DNA from: an uncultured Hyphomicrobiales bacterium
GTDB taxonomy: Bacteria > Pseudomonadota > Alphaproteobacteria > Rhizobiales > Beijerinckiaceae
Direction: 5' to 3'
DNA: 55,279 nt
Assembly: GCA_903889985.1 (NCBI GenBank)
Contig: CAISZN010000319.1
Location: 1 to 55,279, forward strand
Under the pieces are notes generated by a model, which was given only the letters and a program-made list of their open reading frames with translations, made no database searches and was not told where the DNA came from. This document shows positions 28,705-38,193 of the stretch, piece after piece (the first letter of the stretch is position 1; each line of letters opens with the position of its first letter). Made by a program: the position numbers and the translations under genes.

Positions 28705-29742
28705 ATGTGCGTGCGGAAGATGCTTGGGGCAGGATTTGCGGTCCTGGTGGCCCTTTGGTCAGCGGCAGCTCTGGCGCAAGGAGCGGCCACGGGACAACTC
28801 CGCATCGTGGTCGGAACATCCGTTGGCGCCACCTATGACGCCTATGCCCGCCTTGTCGCTCAGCACATGCCGAAGTACCTGCCCGGCCATCCCACGATCG
28901 TGGTGCAGAACATGGCCGGTGCGGGCGGGCTGACTGCCGCCAACTACCTGTTCAACGTGGCCCCAAAGGACGGCTCGACGTTTGGCGTCTTTGCGCGCGG
29001 CCTGCCGATCCAGCCCCTGCTTGACCCGCGTGGCATCCAGTTCAAGCCTGAGCAGTTCACATGGCTTGGCAGCCCCACCTCCGAGACGAGCCTCGTCTGG
29101 TCCTGGCATACGACGCCGTTCAACACATTCACGGACGTGATGCAGCGGGAGATGATTATTCCCGCCACTGGACCGGGCGCCGACAGTTTCACCTTCCCCT
29201 TCGTGATGAATGCCATCCTGGGGACCAGGTTCAAGATCGTGCCTGGATATCCGGGCAGCCCCGAGCTCTTCATGGCTGTGGAAAAGGGTGAGGCAGAGGG
29301 AGTTGCCTCCACATCCTGGAACAACTTCGTCACAGGCAAGGCGGACTGGGTGCGCGATGGAAAAGTGCGCTTCCTGCTGCAACTAGGCCTCAAGAAAATG
29401 GAGGAACTGAAAGATGTGCCACTCGTTCTGGACGTCGCCAAGACCGAGTCCGACAGGCGCGCGCTTGAGCTGATCTTCTCCCGAAATACGCTGGCCTATC
29501 CCTTCGCCGCACCGCCGGGCTTGCCGGCAGAAAAGGCGCAGGCCCTACGTTCCGCTTTTGACCAGACAATGGCGGATGCAGAGTTCCGTGCCGATGCCCT
29601 TCGCCAGAACCTTCAGCTCGATCCGACCCTGTCTGCGGAGATGACAAGGCTGATCGACGCGCTGGCGCATACCGATCCGCAGATCGTGGAGCGTGTCAGA
29701 GCCGCGCTGGCCGAGGGCGAGAAGACCGCACTCGGCCGCTGA
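28705..29742 (+). CDS. Bug/TctC-family substrate-binding protein
   Basis: Signal peptide; YDAYARLVA, PG.PTIVVQNMAGAGG, APKDGS, GYPG, AVEKGE. Confidence 0.9.
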   Translation: MCVRKMLGAGFAVLVALWSAAALAQGAATGQLRIVVGTSVGATYDAYARLVAQHMPKYLPGHPTIVVQNMAGAGGLTAANYLFNVAPKDGSTFGVFARGLPIQPLLDPRGIQFKPEQFTWLGSPTSETSLVWSWHTTPFNTFTDVMQREMIIPATGPGADSFTFPFVMNAILGTRFKIVPGYPGSPELFMAVEKGEAEGVASTSWNNFVTGKADWVRDGKVRFLLQLGLKKMEELKDVPLVLDVAKTESDRRALELIFSRNTLAYPFAAPPGLPAEKAQALRSAFDQTMADAEFRADALRQNLQLDPTLSAEMTRLIDALAHTDPQIVERVRAALAEGEKTALGR

Positions 29743-29745
29743 TCC

Positions 29746-31827
29746 TTAAGGCTTGCCGTTCAGGGGCCGGGGAAACACACCCTTCGTGGTGAAGGTCCGT
29801 GTCGGCTGGGCCGGCTTGCCCTTGTGGCCGATGCGCTTGCCTTCACCAGTTTTGCCGGTGCCGGCGGGCTGCCAAGCCGGCACCAATTGGTGCTTGCCCG
29901 GCCCAATGAGATCGGCGCGACCCATGGCCTTCAGCGCCTCGCGCAGCACCGGCCAATTCTCGGCATCGTGGTAGCGCAGGAACGCCTTGTGCAGGCGCCG
30001 CTGGCGCAGGCCCTTTACCGCATCGACGGGCTCGGACGCGCCGCGCCGCACCGGCTTCAGCGGATTGAAGCCTGAGTGATACATGGCGGTGGAGAGCGCC
30101 ATGGGGGACGGCAGGTAGGTCTGCACCTGATCGGCGCGATACTTGTTGCGCTTGAGCCAGAGGGCCAGGTTCATCATGTCCTCATCCGTCGTGCCCGGAT
30201 GGGCCGCGATGAAATAGGGAATGAGGAAGTAGTCCTTGTTGACCGCCTTGGCCGCCGCATCGAAGAGCTGCTTGAAGCGGTCATAGGAGCCAATGCCCGG
30301 CTTCATCATTTTGGAGAGCGGTCCATCCTCCGTATGCTCTGGAGCAATCTTCAGGTAACCGCCCACATGGTGCTCGACGAGTTCGCGCACATAGGCGGGG
30401 CTCTTCACCGCAAGGTCATAGCGCACACCCGAGGCCACCATGACCTTCTTGACGCCCTTGATCTCGCGCGCCTTGCGATAGAGCTGGATCAGCGGATCGT
30501 GGCTGGTGTTCAGGTTCTTGCAGATGTCGGGATAGACGCAGGACGGCTTGCGGCACAGGGCCTCGGTCTGCTTGTCCTTGCAGCCGATGCGATACATGTT
30601 CGCCGTCGGCCCGCCGATGTCGGAGATGATGCCCGTGAAACCTTCCGTCTTGTCGCGGATGGTCTCGATTTCCTTGAGGATAGAGCCTTCCGAACGCGAC
30701 TGGATGATGCGGCCCTCATGCTCGGTGATGGAGCAGAAGGAACAGCCCCCGAAGCAGCCGCGCATGATCGTCACCGAATGGCGGATCATCTCCCAGGCGG
30801 GGATCTTGGCACCCTCATAGGAAGGGTGCGGCGCACGGGCGAAGGGAAGGTCGTAGACCCCGTCCATCTCCGGCGTGGTCAGCGGGATCGGCGGCGCGGT
30901 GAGCCACACATCCTTGTCGCCATGTTTCTGAATGAGCGGCCGGGCGTTGCCGGGATTGCTCTCCTTGTGCAGCACGCGGGAGGCTCGGGCATAGGCTTCC
31001 CGGTCCTGCGCTGCCTGCTCGAAGGATGGCAGGCGAATGACCGTGCGCTCGCCCTGTTCGCCCTCATCCTTGCGACGGCGGCCCTCATCGGGCTCGTCGA
31101 GATCATCGACGGGCGCCTCGACCCAGCCCTCGGGCGTCCCATCACGCAGGAACGCCAAGCCACGGACGTCGGAGAAGTCCTGCTTGATGCCGGCCTTGGC
31201 GATGCGATGCGCCACTTCCACCAGGGCACGCTCGGCATTGCCGTAGAGCAGCAAGTCCGCCTTGGCATCCATGAGGATCGAGCGTCGCACCTTGTCGGAC
31301 CAGTAGTCGTAATGGGCGATGCGCCGCAGGGAGGCCTCGATGCCACCCAACACGATCGGCACGCTGGTATAGGCCTCACGGCAACGCTGGGAATAGACGA
31401 GCACGGCGCGGTCCGGGCGCTTCCCACCTTCGCCACCGGGCGTGTAGGAATCGTTGTGACGCAGCCGGCGATCCGAGGTGTAGCGGTTCACCATGGAGTC
31501 CATGTTGCCGCTGGTCACGCCGAAGAGAAGGTTGGGCTTGCCCAGCGCCTTGAAGGCGCTCGCATCACGCCAGTCTGGCTGGGCGATGATGCCAACGCGG
31601 AAGCCCTGCGCCTCCAGAAGCCGGCCGATGATCGCCATGCCGAAGCTGGGGTGGTCGATGTAGGCATCGCCCGTGACGAGGATGATATCGCAGGAATCCC
31701 AGCCAAGCTGATCCATTTCCTCCCGGGACATCGGGAGAAAGGGAGCGACGCCGAAGCGCTGTGCCCAGAATTTTCTGTAGGAAAACAGAGGCTTGGCGCC
31801 CTGCATGTCGGGTGCTAGCGAGGCCAT
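29746..31827 (-). CDS. ygiQ: YgiQ family radical SAM protein
   Basis: [52 protein letters not shown]. Confidence 0.95.
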   Translation of the reverse strand: MASLAPDMQGAKPLFSYRKFWAQRFGVAPFLPMSREEMDQLGWDSCDIILVTGDAYIDHPSFGMAIIGRLLEAQGFRVGIIAQPDWRDASAFKALGKPNLLFGVTSGNMDSMVNRYTSDRRLRHNDSYTPGGEGGKRPDRAVLVYSQRCREAYTSVPIVLGGIEASLRRIAHYDYWSDKVRRSILMDAKADLLLYGNAERALVEVAHRIAKAGIKQDFSDVRGLAFLRDGTPEGWVEAPVDDLDEPDEGRRRKDEGEQGERTVIRLPSFEQAAQDREAYARASRVLHKESNPGNARPLIQKHGDKDVWLTAPPIPLTTPEMDGVYDLPFARAPHPSYEGAKIPAWEMIRHSVTIMRGCFGGCSFCSITEHEGRIIQSRSEGSILKEIETIRDKTEGFTGIISDIGGPTANMYRIGCKDKQTEALCRKPSCVYPDICKNLNTSHDPLIQLYRKAREIKGVKKVMVASGVRYDLAVKSPAYVRELVEHHVGGYLKIAPEHTEDGPLSKMMKPGIGSYDRFKQLFDAAAKAVNKDYFLIPYFIAAHPGTTDEDMMNLALWLKRNKYRADQVQTYLPSPMALSTAMYHSGFNPLKPVRRGASEPVDAVKGLRQRRLHKAFLRYHDAENWPVLREALKAMGRADLIGPGKHQLVPAWQPAGTGKTGEGKRIGHKGKPAQPTRTFTTKGVFPRPLNGKP

Positions 31828-31927
31828 GGAAGCAAATATCCTGTGGGATTGGCGCCACTAGACGCAATTCCACAAGAAGGTCAATGGGCAGAGGCTTTCA
31901 TGGAAAACAACTCTGCCCCCTGCCCGT

Positions 31928-33223
31928 TCAATCGCAACGAAGATTACGCCCTTCGATGGCGCAGGCGCCGATCACCTGTCCGTGGGTGTCATAGCCGGTG
32001 AGCTTCCAGCTCTTGCCTGACGGATCAGCCTCATTGCGTTCCATCATGGAGAAGCCGAAGACTTTCGGGCGGCCGATGCCATCCTTCACCTCGACATCCT
32101 CCATCTTGATCCCCTTGACCGTCGTCGGGGCAATGGGAGACAGGTCGTCGCCGCCATGGCCGGAGACAACCTGAACAGGCAGATCCTGCACATAGCTCAT
32201 GATCTCGAAGGTATGGTGATGCCCTGACAGCATCATCTGGACATTCGGGCCTATTGAATGACGCGCTGCGACCGCCAGGGTCTTGTTGTCCCCGGTGAAA
32301 ACGCCCTTCTTCAAACTGTCCGCCGCCCAGATCGGACGATGGAAGGTCAGCCAGACCGGACCCGGAATCGAAGATGCTGCCTCGAATTGCGGGCGATACC
32401 ATTCGACCTGCGTGGCGTTGACCTTTTCGGAGGCAGTCGACACATCCATGACGAACACAGTAACGCCGCCGATATCGACCGTATAGGGCTTTTGAGGTCC
32501 AAGGCACCCAGCGGCACCCGACGTGCTATCGAAGGCATAGGAATCGAGCAGGCGCGCCCAGCCCTTGCCCCCACGCTCGCATTCCTCATGATTGCCGCGC
32601 ACCATGATCCAGGGCGCGGCGGCCAGCAGGGAGTCTCCGGGCGCAAAGAAATCCGCCTTCCAAACCTCCCAGCTGTCCCCGAATGGGGTTCCGGCACATC
32701 CAAGGTTGCCGATTGGGCAGGCACTCTCCCGATAGTGCATGTCGCCCACATGCAGAACAAGATCCGGCTTGAACTGGGTGCTCATGTCGGCCCCCAGGCG
32801 GAAAGGCCATTCAGACATATCGTTGCAGGACTGAACCTGCTTTCCCTTCAACCGGCAGCCCGTATCTCCGATCAGCAGGATCTTGTTCGGCTTCGCCTTG
32901 GGAAGCGGCATAGGCACGCCGGCGATGGTCAAAAGCTTTGCTGTTGATGGAATCTGAAGGACACAGCCACGAACAGGAAAGTTCTCGCCGGGGGTGGACC
33001 GCTCGTTCATGCTGGCAGCAGCACCGTCGATGGTAGCGGCAGGGCAGCTTGCGGCATCGGTCACGGCCCGGGCTTCCAGGCCCCCGGGGACATACTGCAC
33101 CCACTTGAACAGATCGCTGGCATCAGCACCCTGAATAGCGATGCAAGCCATGAGAGCGGCAAGACCCAGATGCCGGACGATGGGGCCGGTGCGGGCAATT
33201 TGTCGAAACACAGGTGAAGACAT
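31928..33223 (-). CDS. Secreted metallophosphoesterase with purple acid phosphatase-type motifs (paralog 2)
   Basis: Signal peptide; GDTG, GDMHY, GNHE, FHRP, GHHH match DxG, GDxxY, GNH(D/E), xxH, GHxH. Confidence 0.88.
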   Translation of the reverse strand: MSSPVFRQIARTGPIVRHLGLAALMACIAIQGADASDLFKWVQYVPGGLEARAVTDAASCPAATIDGAAASMNERSTPGENFPVRGCVLQIPSTAKLLTIAGVPMPLPKAKPNKILLIGDTGCRLKGKQVQSCNDMSEWPFRLGADMSTQFKPDLVLHVGDMHYRESACPIGNLGCAGTPFGDSWEVWKADFFAPGDSLLAAAPWIMVRGNHEECERGGKGWARLLDSYAFDSTSGAAGCLGPQKPYTVDIGGVTVFVMDVSTASEKVNATQVEWYRPQFEAASSIPGPVWLTFHRPIWAADSLKKGVFTGDNKTLAVAARHSIGPNVQMMLSGHHHTFEIMSYVQDLPVQVVSGHGGDDLSPIAPTTVKGIKMEDVEVKDGIGRPKVFGFSMMERNEADPSGKSWKLTGYDTHGQVIGACAIEGRNLRCD

Positions 33224-33283
33224 ATAGGGCTCTCATGATCATGCCCGCACTGAGCGGATGGAAAGATGTTCTAGTTTGGTTTG

Positions 33284-33301
33284 ATGACGCTCGACTGACC
33301 A
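33284..33301 (-). promoter_or_regulatory. Weak Pho-box-like site upstream of phosphatase paralog 2
   Basis: Minus strand TGGTCAG-tcga-GCGTCAT with 11-bp period; a further perfect CTGTCAT half-site lies near 33325-33331. Confidence 0.4.
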
Positions 33302-33379
33302 AGATCCAAGAACAGATAAGATGCTTTTCTGACGATGACAGAATCAGGCGCACCCATCCTCAGCCGGGCCATGTTGGCG

Positions 33380-34696
33380 TTAATCTGAATTCTTGAATGG
33401 CTCATCAGTCAGGGTTTTCAGAAAGGCGACAAGCGCGTCGATCTCATCGTCTGTCGCACGCGGCTCTTCCCCAGCCTTTCGATCATAGGGAACCTGCCTG
33501 ACGTTCACGTTATGGCGATAGCGCTCCGGCAAATCATCGAATTTTTCAACCGCCCCGTTGGCAGTCTTCGAAAACCAGCGGCCAGGATCCGTATCGCGGG
33601 TAAAATAAAATGCGACGACATCACGCAACTTGGTGAAAGCGCCGTTGTGAAGATAGGGACCCCCCACTGCCACATTGCGCAGGCTTGGCACCTTGAAGGC
33701 GCCACAAAGACTTTCAAGATCATAATCTGCCGGCGCCAAAGACCGCAGATCCGATCGCGCACAAAGACCAAGATCGAAATGCGCCGGATCAGCATTTTCC
33801 GGAATGGCGCGGTTGCGGGGAGCGCCGAGGACATCGTAGGTAAAATCAGTAAAGAGCCAGCTCCTAGGATTGCGCGAGAGTTGCGACATGTCGGTTGGTC
33901 CCTTGGCAGATGCCACAGCGGCCGAGCCTTCATGCTCATCGACACCACCACCATCATGACAGGACAGGCAATTGCCCTTCTTCCGATCCACGAAAAGCTG
34001 GAACCCCATCCATTCCTGATCACTCAGGAGCGTTCTCCCCTCTAGCCATTGATCAAATTTGGAGGAAAAGGGCTTGAAACGCGGCGACGCCTCATAAGAG
34101 GCAACCGCGGAAGCGAGCTTCTCAAAAGCACGATCATCTTCGAAGATTTGGGCACCATAGACCTCGCGCGCAAGGTCTGCATATGGGCCAGCGCGAACTT
34201 TTGAAACAACGCTTTCTTTCGATGGATTATTCATCTCGCGTGGGTTGAGCAGCGGCCCTTCCACCTGTTCCTCCAGGCCAGACGCGCGTCCATCCCAAAA
34301 CTGTCCGCCGACAGGGACAATCTCGGGCTCCCCCGTCACGTCGTTCAGCCGCTCCGCAAAAGCGAACGGCGGGCTATAGGCCTGATACAGGATAGAGGGA
34401 GACTTGCGGTTACCGAAAATACCAGGCCGGCTGCCGGCAGGAATGGCCGGGATCGCTGAATGATTGTTGCCTCGGTATGCAGTGGCAGGATCGTGGCACG
34501 ACGCGCACGATAGCCCCCGAGGCTCCGAAAGCTCGAGATCCTCGAAAATACGCTTCCCGAGCAGCAAGCCGGGAAGAAGACGAGCCTCGTCTTCAGTCCG
34601 CGGCTTGCTCCAGTCGACGAGATTTATACCCGGATCAGCCGCAGCCGATGCACAGGTCACGATCGTGGCAAGAACCACCAATAGATTGCGGACCAC
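33380..34696 (-). CDS. Diheme cytochrome c peroxidase/MauG superfamily protein (BthA-like)
   Basis: CASCH and CLSCH; GGQFWDGRA, PLLNPREM, FTDFTY, FKVPSLRNV, PYLHNG, AFLKTLTD; signal peptide from the GTG at 34696. Confidence 0.9.
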   Translation of the reverse strand: MVRNLLVVLATIVTCASAAADPGINLVDWSKPRTEDEARLLPGLLLGKRIFEDLELSEPRGLSCASCHDPATAYRGNNHSAIPAIPAGSRPGIFGNRKSPSILYQAYSPPFAFAERLNDVTGEPEIVPVGGQFWDGRASGLEEQVEGPLLNPREMNNPSKESVVSKVRAGPYADLAREVYGAQIFEDDRAFEKLASAVASYEASPRFKPFSSKFDQWLEGRTLLSDQEWMGFQLFVDRKKGNCLSCHDGGGVDEHEGSAAVASAKGPTDMSQLSRNPRSWLFTDFTYDVLGAPRNRAIPENADPAHFDLGLCARSDLRSLAPADYDLESLCGAFKVPSLRNVAVGGPYLHNGAFTKLRDVVAFYFTRDTDPGRWFSKTANGAVEKFDDLPERYRHNVNVRQVPYDRKAGEEPRATDDEIDALVAFLKTLTDEPFKNSD

Positions 34697-34725
34697 GGCA
34701 CGCTGCCTCTCGACCTGCCCTTGGC

Positions 34726-36051
34726 TTATTGGCAAGCGAGCGTGCGCCCATCCACGATGCACCTGCCAATTTGCTTGGCATGTACGTCATAGCCCGTGAA
34801 GGTCCACTTGCCGGAACCATCTGTCGCGCGCTCAAGCATGGAAAAGCCATAAATCCCGGGCTTTGCGATGCCCGCTTTCACGGTCATACCGTCAACGGTC
34901 AGGCCGACAGGGTTCGGCGGCACTTCAGGGGAGAAATCGTCGCCGCCGTGGCCCGAAATCAAGGCCGCCGGAATATCCTGTTCATAGCTCATTGCCTCGA
35001 AAACGTGGTGATGGCCGGACAGGAAAAGCTGGACGTTCGGATCGAGGTTGCCCTTTGCAGCAGCTTGCAGCGTCTTGTTGTCGCCGCCCTGCTGGTTGCC
35101 AGCCGAGCCGTCGAGAACCCAAACCGGACGATGGAATGCGAGCCAAACTGGCCCATCGGCAGCCTGTTTGCTGGCACGCTCTGTCTTGGCCTGATCCTGA
35201 ACGGTGCGGAACATCGCCTTATACCAGGCAACCTGCTGTTCGTTGACCTTGCCCTCGTCGGCGGTCGACACGTCGAGAACACCCAGAATGACGCCGCCCA
35301 GATCAACCGTATAGGGCTTTGCAGGACCCATGCACCCTGTCGCGCCCTCCGAGGGATTGAACGGATAAGGATCGAGTGTGCGGGCCCAACCCTTGCCACC
35401 GCGATCGCATTCTTCGTGATTGCCCCTCACAAATACCCATGGAGCCGTATTCAGCAGCGTTTCACCAGGCACGAAGAAATCGGCGCGCCACACATCCCAC
35501 GAGTCACCAAAGGGGGTGCCGGCGCAACCCATATTATTGAGCGGACAAGCGCTTTCCCGATAATGGAAATCGCCCACGTGCAAGACGAGATCCGGCTTGA
35601 ATTCCGCGCTGATGTCCGCACCAATCCGGAACGGCCATTGGGAAATATCGTTGCACGCCTGGACCTGCTTGCCCTTCAAACGGCAGCCTGTGTCGCCAAT
35701 GACCAGAATGCGATTGGCCTGCGGCTTAGGCAAAGGCATTGGCACGCCTGATATGGTCACTTGCTTGGCCCCAGCCGGGATGGCCAGCGCGCATCCGCGA
35801 ACCGGGTAATTCTCTCCGGGGGCAGAGCGCTCGGTCATGCTGACGGCTGAAGCATCAATGGTGGCAACCGGGCAGCTCACGTCATCCGTGACGGCCCGCA
35901 CCTCCAATCCGCCGGGAACATATTGTACCCATTTATACAGATCTCGCGCCTCAGCCCAGCTGAAGCCGGAGCAGCACAAAACCATAGCGATAGATAGTCT
36001 CGCAATCGTGGACCGGAACGGAGCTTGTTGCGTCAGGACACGGGATGACAT
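34726..36051 (-). CDS. Secreted metallophosphoesterase with purple acid phosphatase-type motifs (paralog 1)
   Basis: Signal peptide; GDTG, GDFHY, GNHE, FHRP, GHHH; colinear with 31928..33223. Confidence 0.88.
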   Translation of the reverse strand: MSSRVLTQQAPFRSTIARLSIAMVLCCSGFSWAEARDLYKWVQYVPGGLEVRAVTDDVSCPVATIDASAVSMTERSAPGENYPVRGCALAIPAGAKQVTISGVPMPLPKPQANRILVIGDTGCRLKGKQVQACNDISQWPFRIGADISAEFKPDLVLHVGDFHYRESACPLNNMGCAGTPFGDSWDVWRADFFVPGETLLNTAPWVFVRGNHEECDRGGKGWARTLDPYPFNPSEGATGCMGPAKPYTVDLGGVILGVLDVSTADEGKVNEQQVAWYKAMFRTVQDQAKTERASKQAADGPVWLAFHRPVWVLDGSAGNQQGGDNKTLQAAAKGNLDPNVQLFLSGHHHVFEAMSYEQDIPAALISGHGGDDFSPEVPPNPVGLTVDGMTVKAGIAKPGIYGFSMLERATDGSGKWTFTGYDVHAKQIGRCIVDGRTLACQ

Positions 36052-36101
36052 TTCAAAATTCCACGATCACGAGGCAGTTAGGAAGGATCGACGAGAGCAT
36101 T

Positions 36102-36130
36102 ACGACAGATGCGTGACACTTTTCTGACGG
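36102..36130 (-). promoter_or_regulatory. Triple half-site Pho box upstream of the phosphatase-peroxidase unit
   Basis: Minus strand CCGTCAG-aaaa-GTGTCAC-gcat-CTGTCGT with exact 11-bp period, 50-80 bp upstream of the ATG. Confidence 0.75.
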
Positions 36131-36153
36131 TCGCCCGAACACGTGCTGGTCTC

Positions 36154-37281
36154 TCAGAAAGCCTCTCGCGGGGGCTTGGAACCACTCATCTTGTGGCCAT
36201 TCCAGACAAAATCATCGCTGGCCCAAGCCGACATGTAGAACAGAGGGGTCAGACAATCCCGCAGCAACCAGGCAAACGGCGACAAAGGGCCAAAGACCCA
36301 CCCGAGCTGTCTCGCCATCAAGGCTTCAGGCACATACCAAAGCAATGGACCAAGGAGCAGAGAGGGAAACAGCGACCAACCAAGCGACCAGAACACTGAG
36401 GTGAGGGCTATTTGCGCCGGAACGATCCCTGTCAGAATCTCGCTTGCAAACATGACGGGAAATGTCGCCCGTCTAAGCTTTGCCCAACGCGAATGACGCT
36501 TCCACACCATGGCAGCGGTGCGCGGTCCAACGGGATGGGAAAATGGCGGCGCAATAAGCCTCACATGCTCCTTGCGAGCGCGCGCAACCTTGGTGGCAGC
36601 AGCATCCTCAGCCGGCTCCTCGCCAAGCAACCTCATAAGATTAATGGGCGAACGGCTCTTTCGGAACGCCAGCGTCTTCCCCTGGGCAAAGCCAAGATCC
36701 AGCGCGGCAGCAGCATATTGCCATCGCGCAGCATGCGTGTTCAGCATCGCGCACTCAACTTCGCCCCAGAATCCAACTGGATCACTTCCAACAGGGGGAG
36801 ATGAGACAACGCAGATATCGGGCTCAAAAGCGTCCCGCACGCGCAAGCAGTAATCTGGGGTTAGCAGCAAGTTCGAGTCGGCAAACACGACAGTGTCGTG
36901 ACGCGCCTCACCCCACCCCTTCGCCATATTATTGAGTTTGGGATTGCGGCTGATGAAACTTTCGCCAATCAGAAGGCGGGCATCCACCTGGGAATGCTCC
37001 TCGATCAGCCGGCGTACCAATGGCACAACCGGATCGCGCTCATCAGCGACGCAGAAAAGGACTTCCAGATCGACGCCCACCTGACCGAAGGACGAGCGAA
37101 GCGTGCGTTCAGCATCAAAATCGATGCCGCACACCGGTCGCACGAGCGTCACCCCTCCGTCATATCGCAATCCCGTCTCACCTGTGCGGGTGACGAAACG
37201 CGTCGACAAGAAGATGGAAGCAAGGTGAAGCGAATATAGCAGCACCGCAGCGCTGCCCGAAAGAATCAGAGCATCAGCCAT
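36154..37281 (-). CDS. GT21/ceramide glucosyltransferase-like glycolipid synthase (Pgt-like)
   Basis: RPVCG, NPKLNN, ADSN, FAQGK, AEDAA, R..RW.KLRR, W.G; start moved to the ATG at 37281. Confidence 0.85.
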   Translation of the reverse strand: MADALILSGSAAVLLYSLHLASIFLSTRFVTRTGETGLRYDGGVTLVRPVCGIDFDAERTLRSSFGQVGVDLEVLFCVADERDPVVPLVRRLIEEHSQVDARLLIGESFISRNPKLNNMAKGWGEARHDTVVFADSNLLLTPDYCLRVRDAFEPDICVVSSPPVGSDPVGFWGEVECAMLNTHAARWQYAAAALDLGFAQGKTLAFRKSRSPINLMRLLGEEPAEDAAATKVARARKEHVRLIAPPFSHPVGPRTAAMVWKRHSRWAKLRRATFPVMFASEILTGIVPAQIALTSVFWSLGWSLFPSLLLGPLLWYVPEALMARQLGWVFGPLSPFAWLLRDCLTPLFYMSAWASDDFVWNGHKMSGSKPPREAF

Positions 37282-37303
37282 AAGAGGCGGGTAGCAATCA
37301 AAT

Positions 37304-37352
37304 ATCGCAATCGTGTGACAGCATTCAATAAAGACCGTCACGAAAGTGACGC
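37304..37352. promoter_or_regulatory. Pho-box-like sites in the divergent GT21/plcP promoter
   Basis: Plus strand CCGTCAC-gaaa-GTGACGC (37335-37352); minus strand CTGTCAC-acga-TTGCGAT (37304-37321). Confidence 0.6.
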
Positions 37353-37400
37353 GCGATTCACGCAAACAGCTTTGCAATTCAATGATCAAACGAGGCTGAC

Positions 37401-38186
37401 ATGGCGAAGAAAGTGCGGACATTATTCATCTCCGACCTTCACCTTGGAACCCGTGGTTGCCAGGCGGAGGCCCTCCTGGCATTCCTGAAGACCGTCGAGG
37501 CAGAGCAGATTTATCTGGTTGGCGACATTGTGGATGGATGGCGCCTGCGCCAGACTTGGCATTGGCCCCAGCTTCATAATGACGTGGTTCAGAAACTGCT
37601 CCGCAAGGCCCGAAAGGGAACGCGCGTGGTCTTCATCCCGGGTAACCATGATGAGTTCATGCGAGATTACGTCGGATCGAACTTCGGGGGCGTGGAAATT
37701 CAGGAAGAGGCCATCCATACGACGGCTGATGGCAAGCGCATGCTCATTCTTCACGGCGACAAATTCGACACGGTCGTGCGGAATGTGAAATGGCTCGCCC
37801 TCCTGGGTGACTGGGCCTATGACTTCGCCATTTTCCTCAATCGCTACATCAGCAAGGTTCGCCGCCTCTTCGGCCTGCCCTACTGGTCCTTCTCGGCCTA
37901 CGCCAAGCAGAAGGTGAAGCGTGCGGTAAACTTCATCAGCGCCTTTGAAGACGCCGTGGTCGCGGAGGCCAAACGGGTCGAAGTTGATGCCGTCCTATGC
38001 GGGCATATCCATCAGCCGACGATCCGCAACATGCGCGGCATCGAATATCTGAATACCGGCGACTGGGTTGAATCCTGTTCGGCCATCCTGGAGCATATGG
38101 ATGGTCGCCTGGAGCTCGTGCAATGGACGAGCCATGCTGACATTGCCCTGATCCCGGCCATCGAATTGCTCCGGCCGGCGGCCTGA
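37401..38186 (+). CDS. plcP: PlcP-type phospholipase C (LpxH-like calcineurin phosphoesterase)
   Basis: FISDLHLG, LVGDIVDGW, PGNHDE, LHGD.FD, CGHIH, YLNTGDWVESC; clustered with GT4 and btaAB. Confidence 0.85.
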   Translation: MAKKVRTLFISDLHLGTRGCQAEALLAFLKTVEAEQIYLVGDIVDGWRLRQTWHWPQLHNDVVQKLLRKARKGTRVVFIPGNHDEFMRDYVGSNFGGVEIQEEAIHTTADGKRMLILHGDKFDTVVRNVKWLALLGDWAYDFAIFLNRYISKVRRLFGLPYWSFSAYAKQKVKRAVNFISAFEDAVVAEAKRVEVDAVLCGHIHQPTIRNMRGIEYLNTGDWVESCSAILEHMDGRLELVQWTSHADIALIPAIELLRPAA

Positions 38187-38193
38187 GCAATTC

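Noticed and set aside
30076-31818. 580-aa plus-strand ORF
   Set aside because: Antisense shadow of ygiQ with no motifs; typical of high-GC codon bias
37401-38186. Calling this the lipid A enzyme LpxH
   Set aside because: Context with GT4 and btaAB plus the Pho-like box fits PlcP
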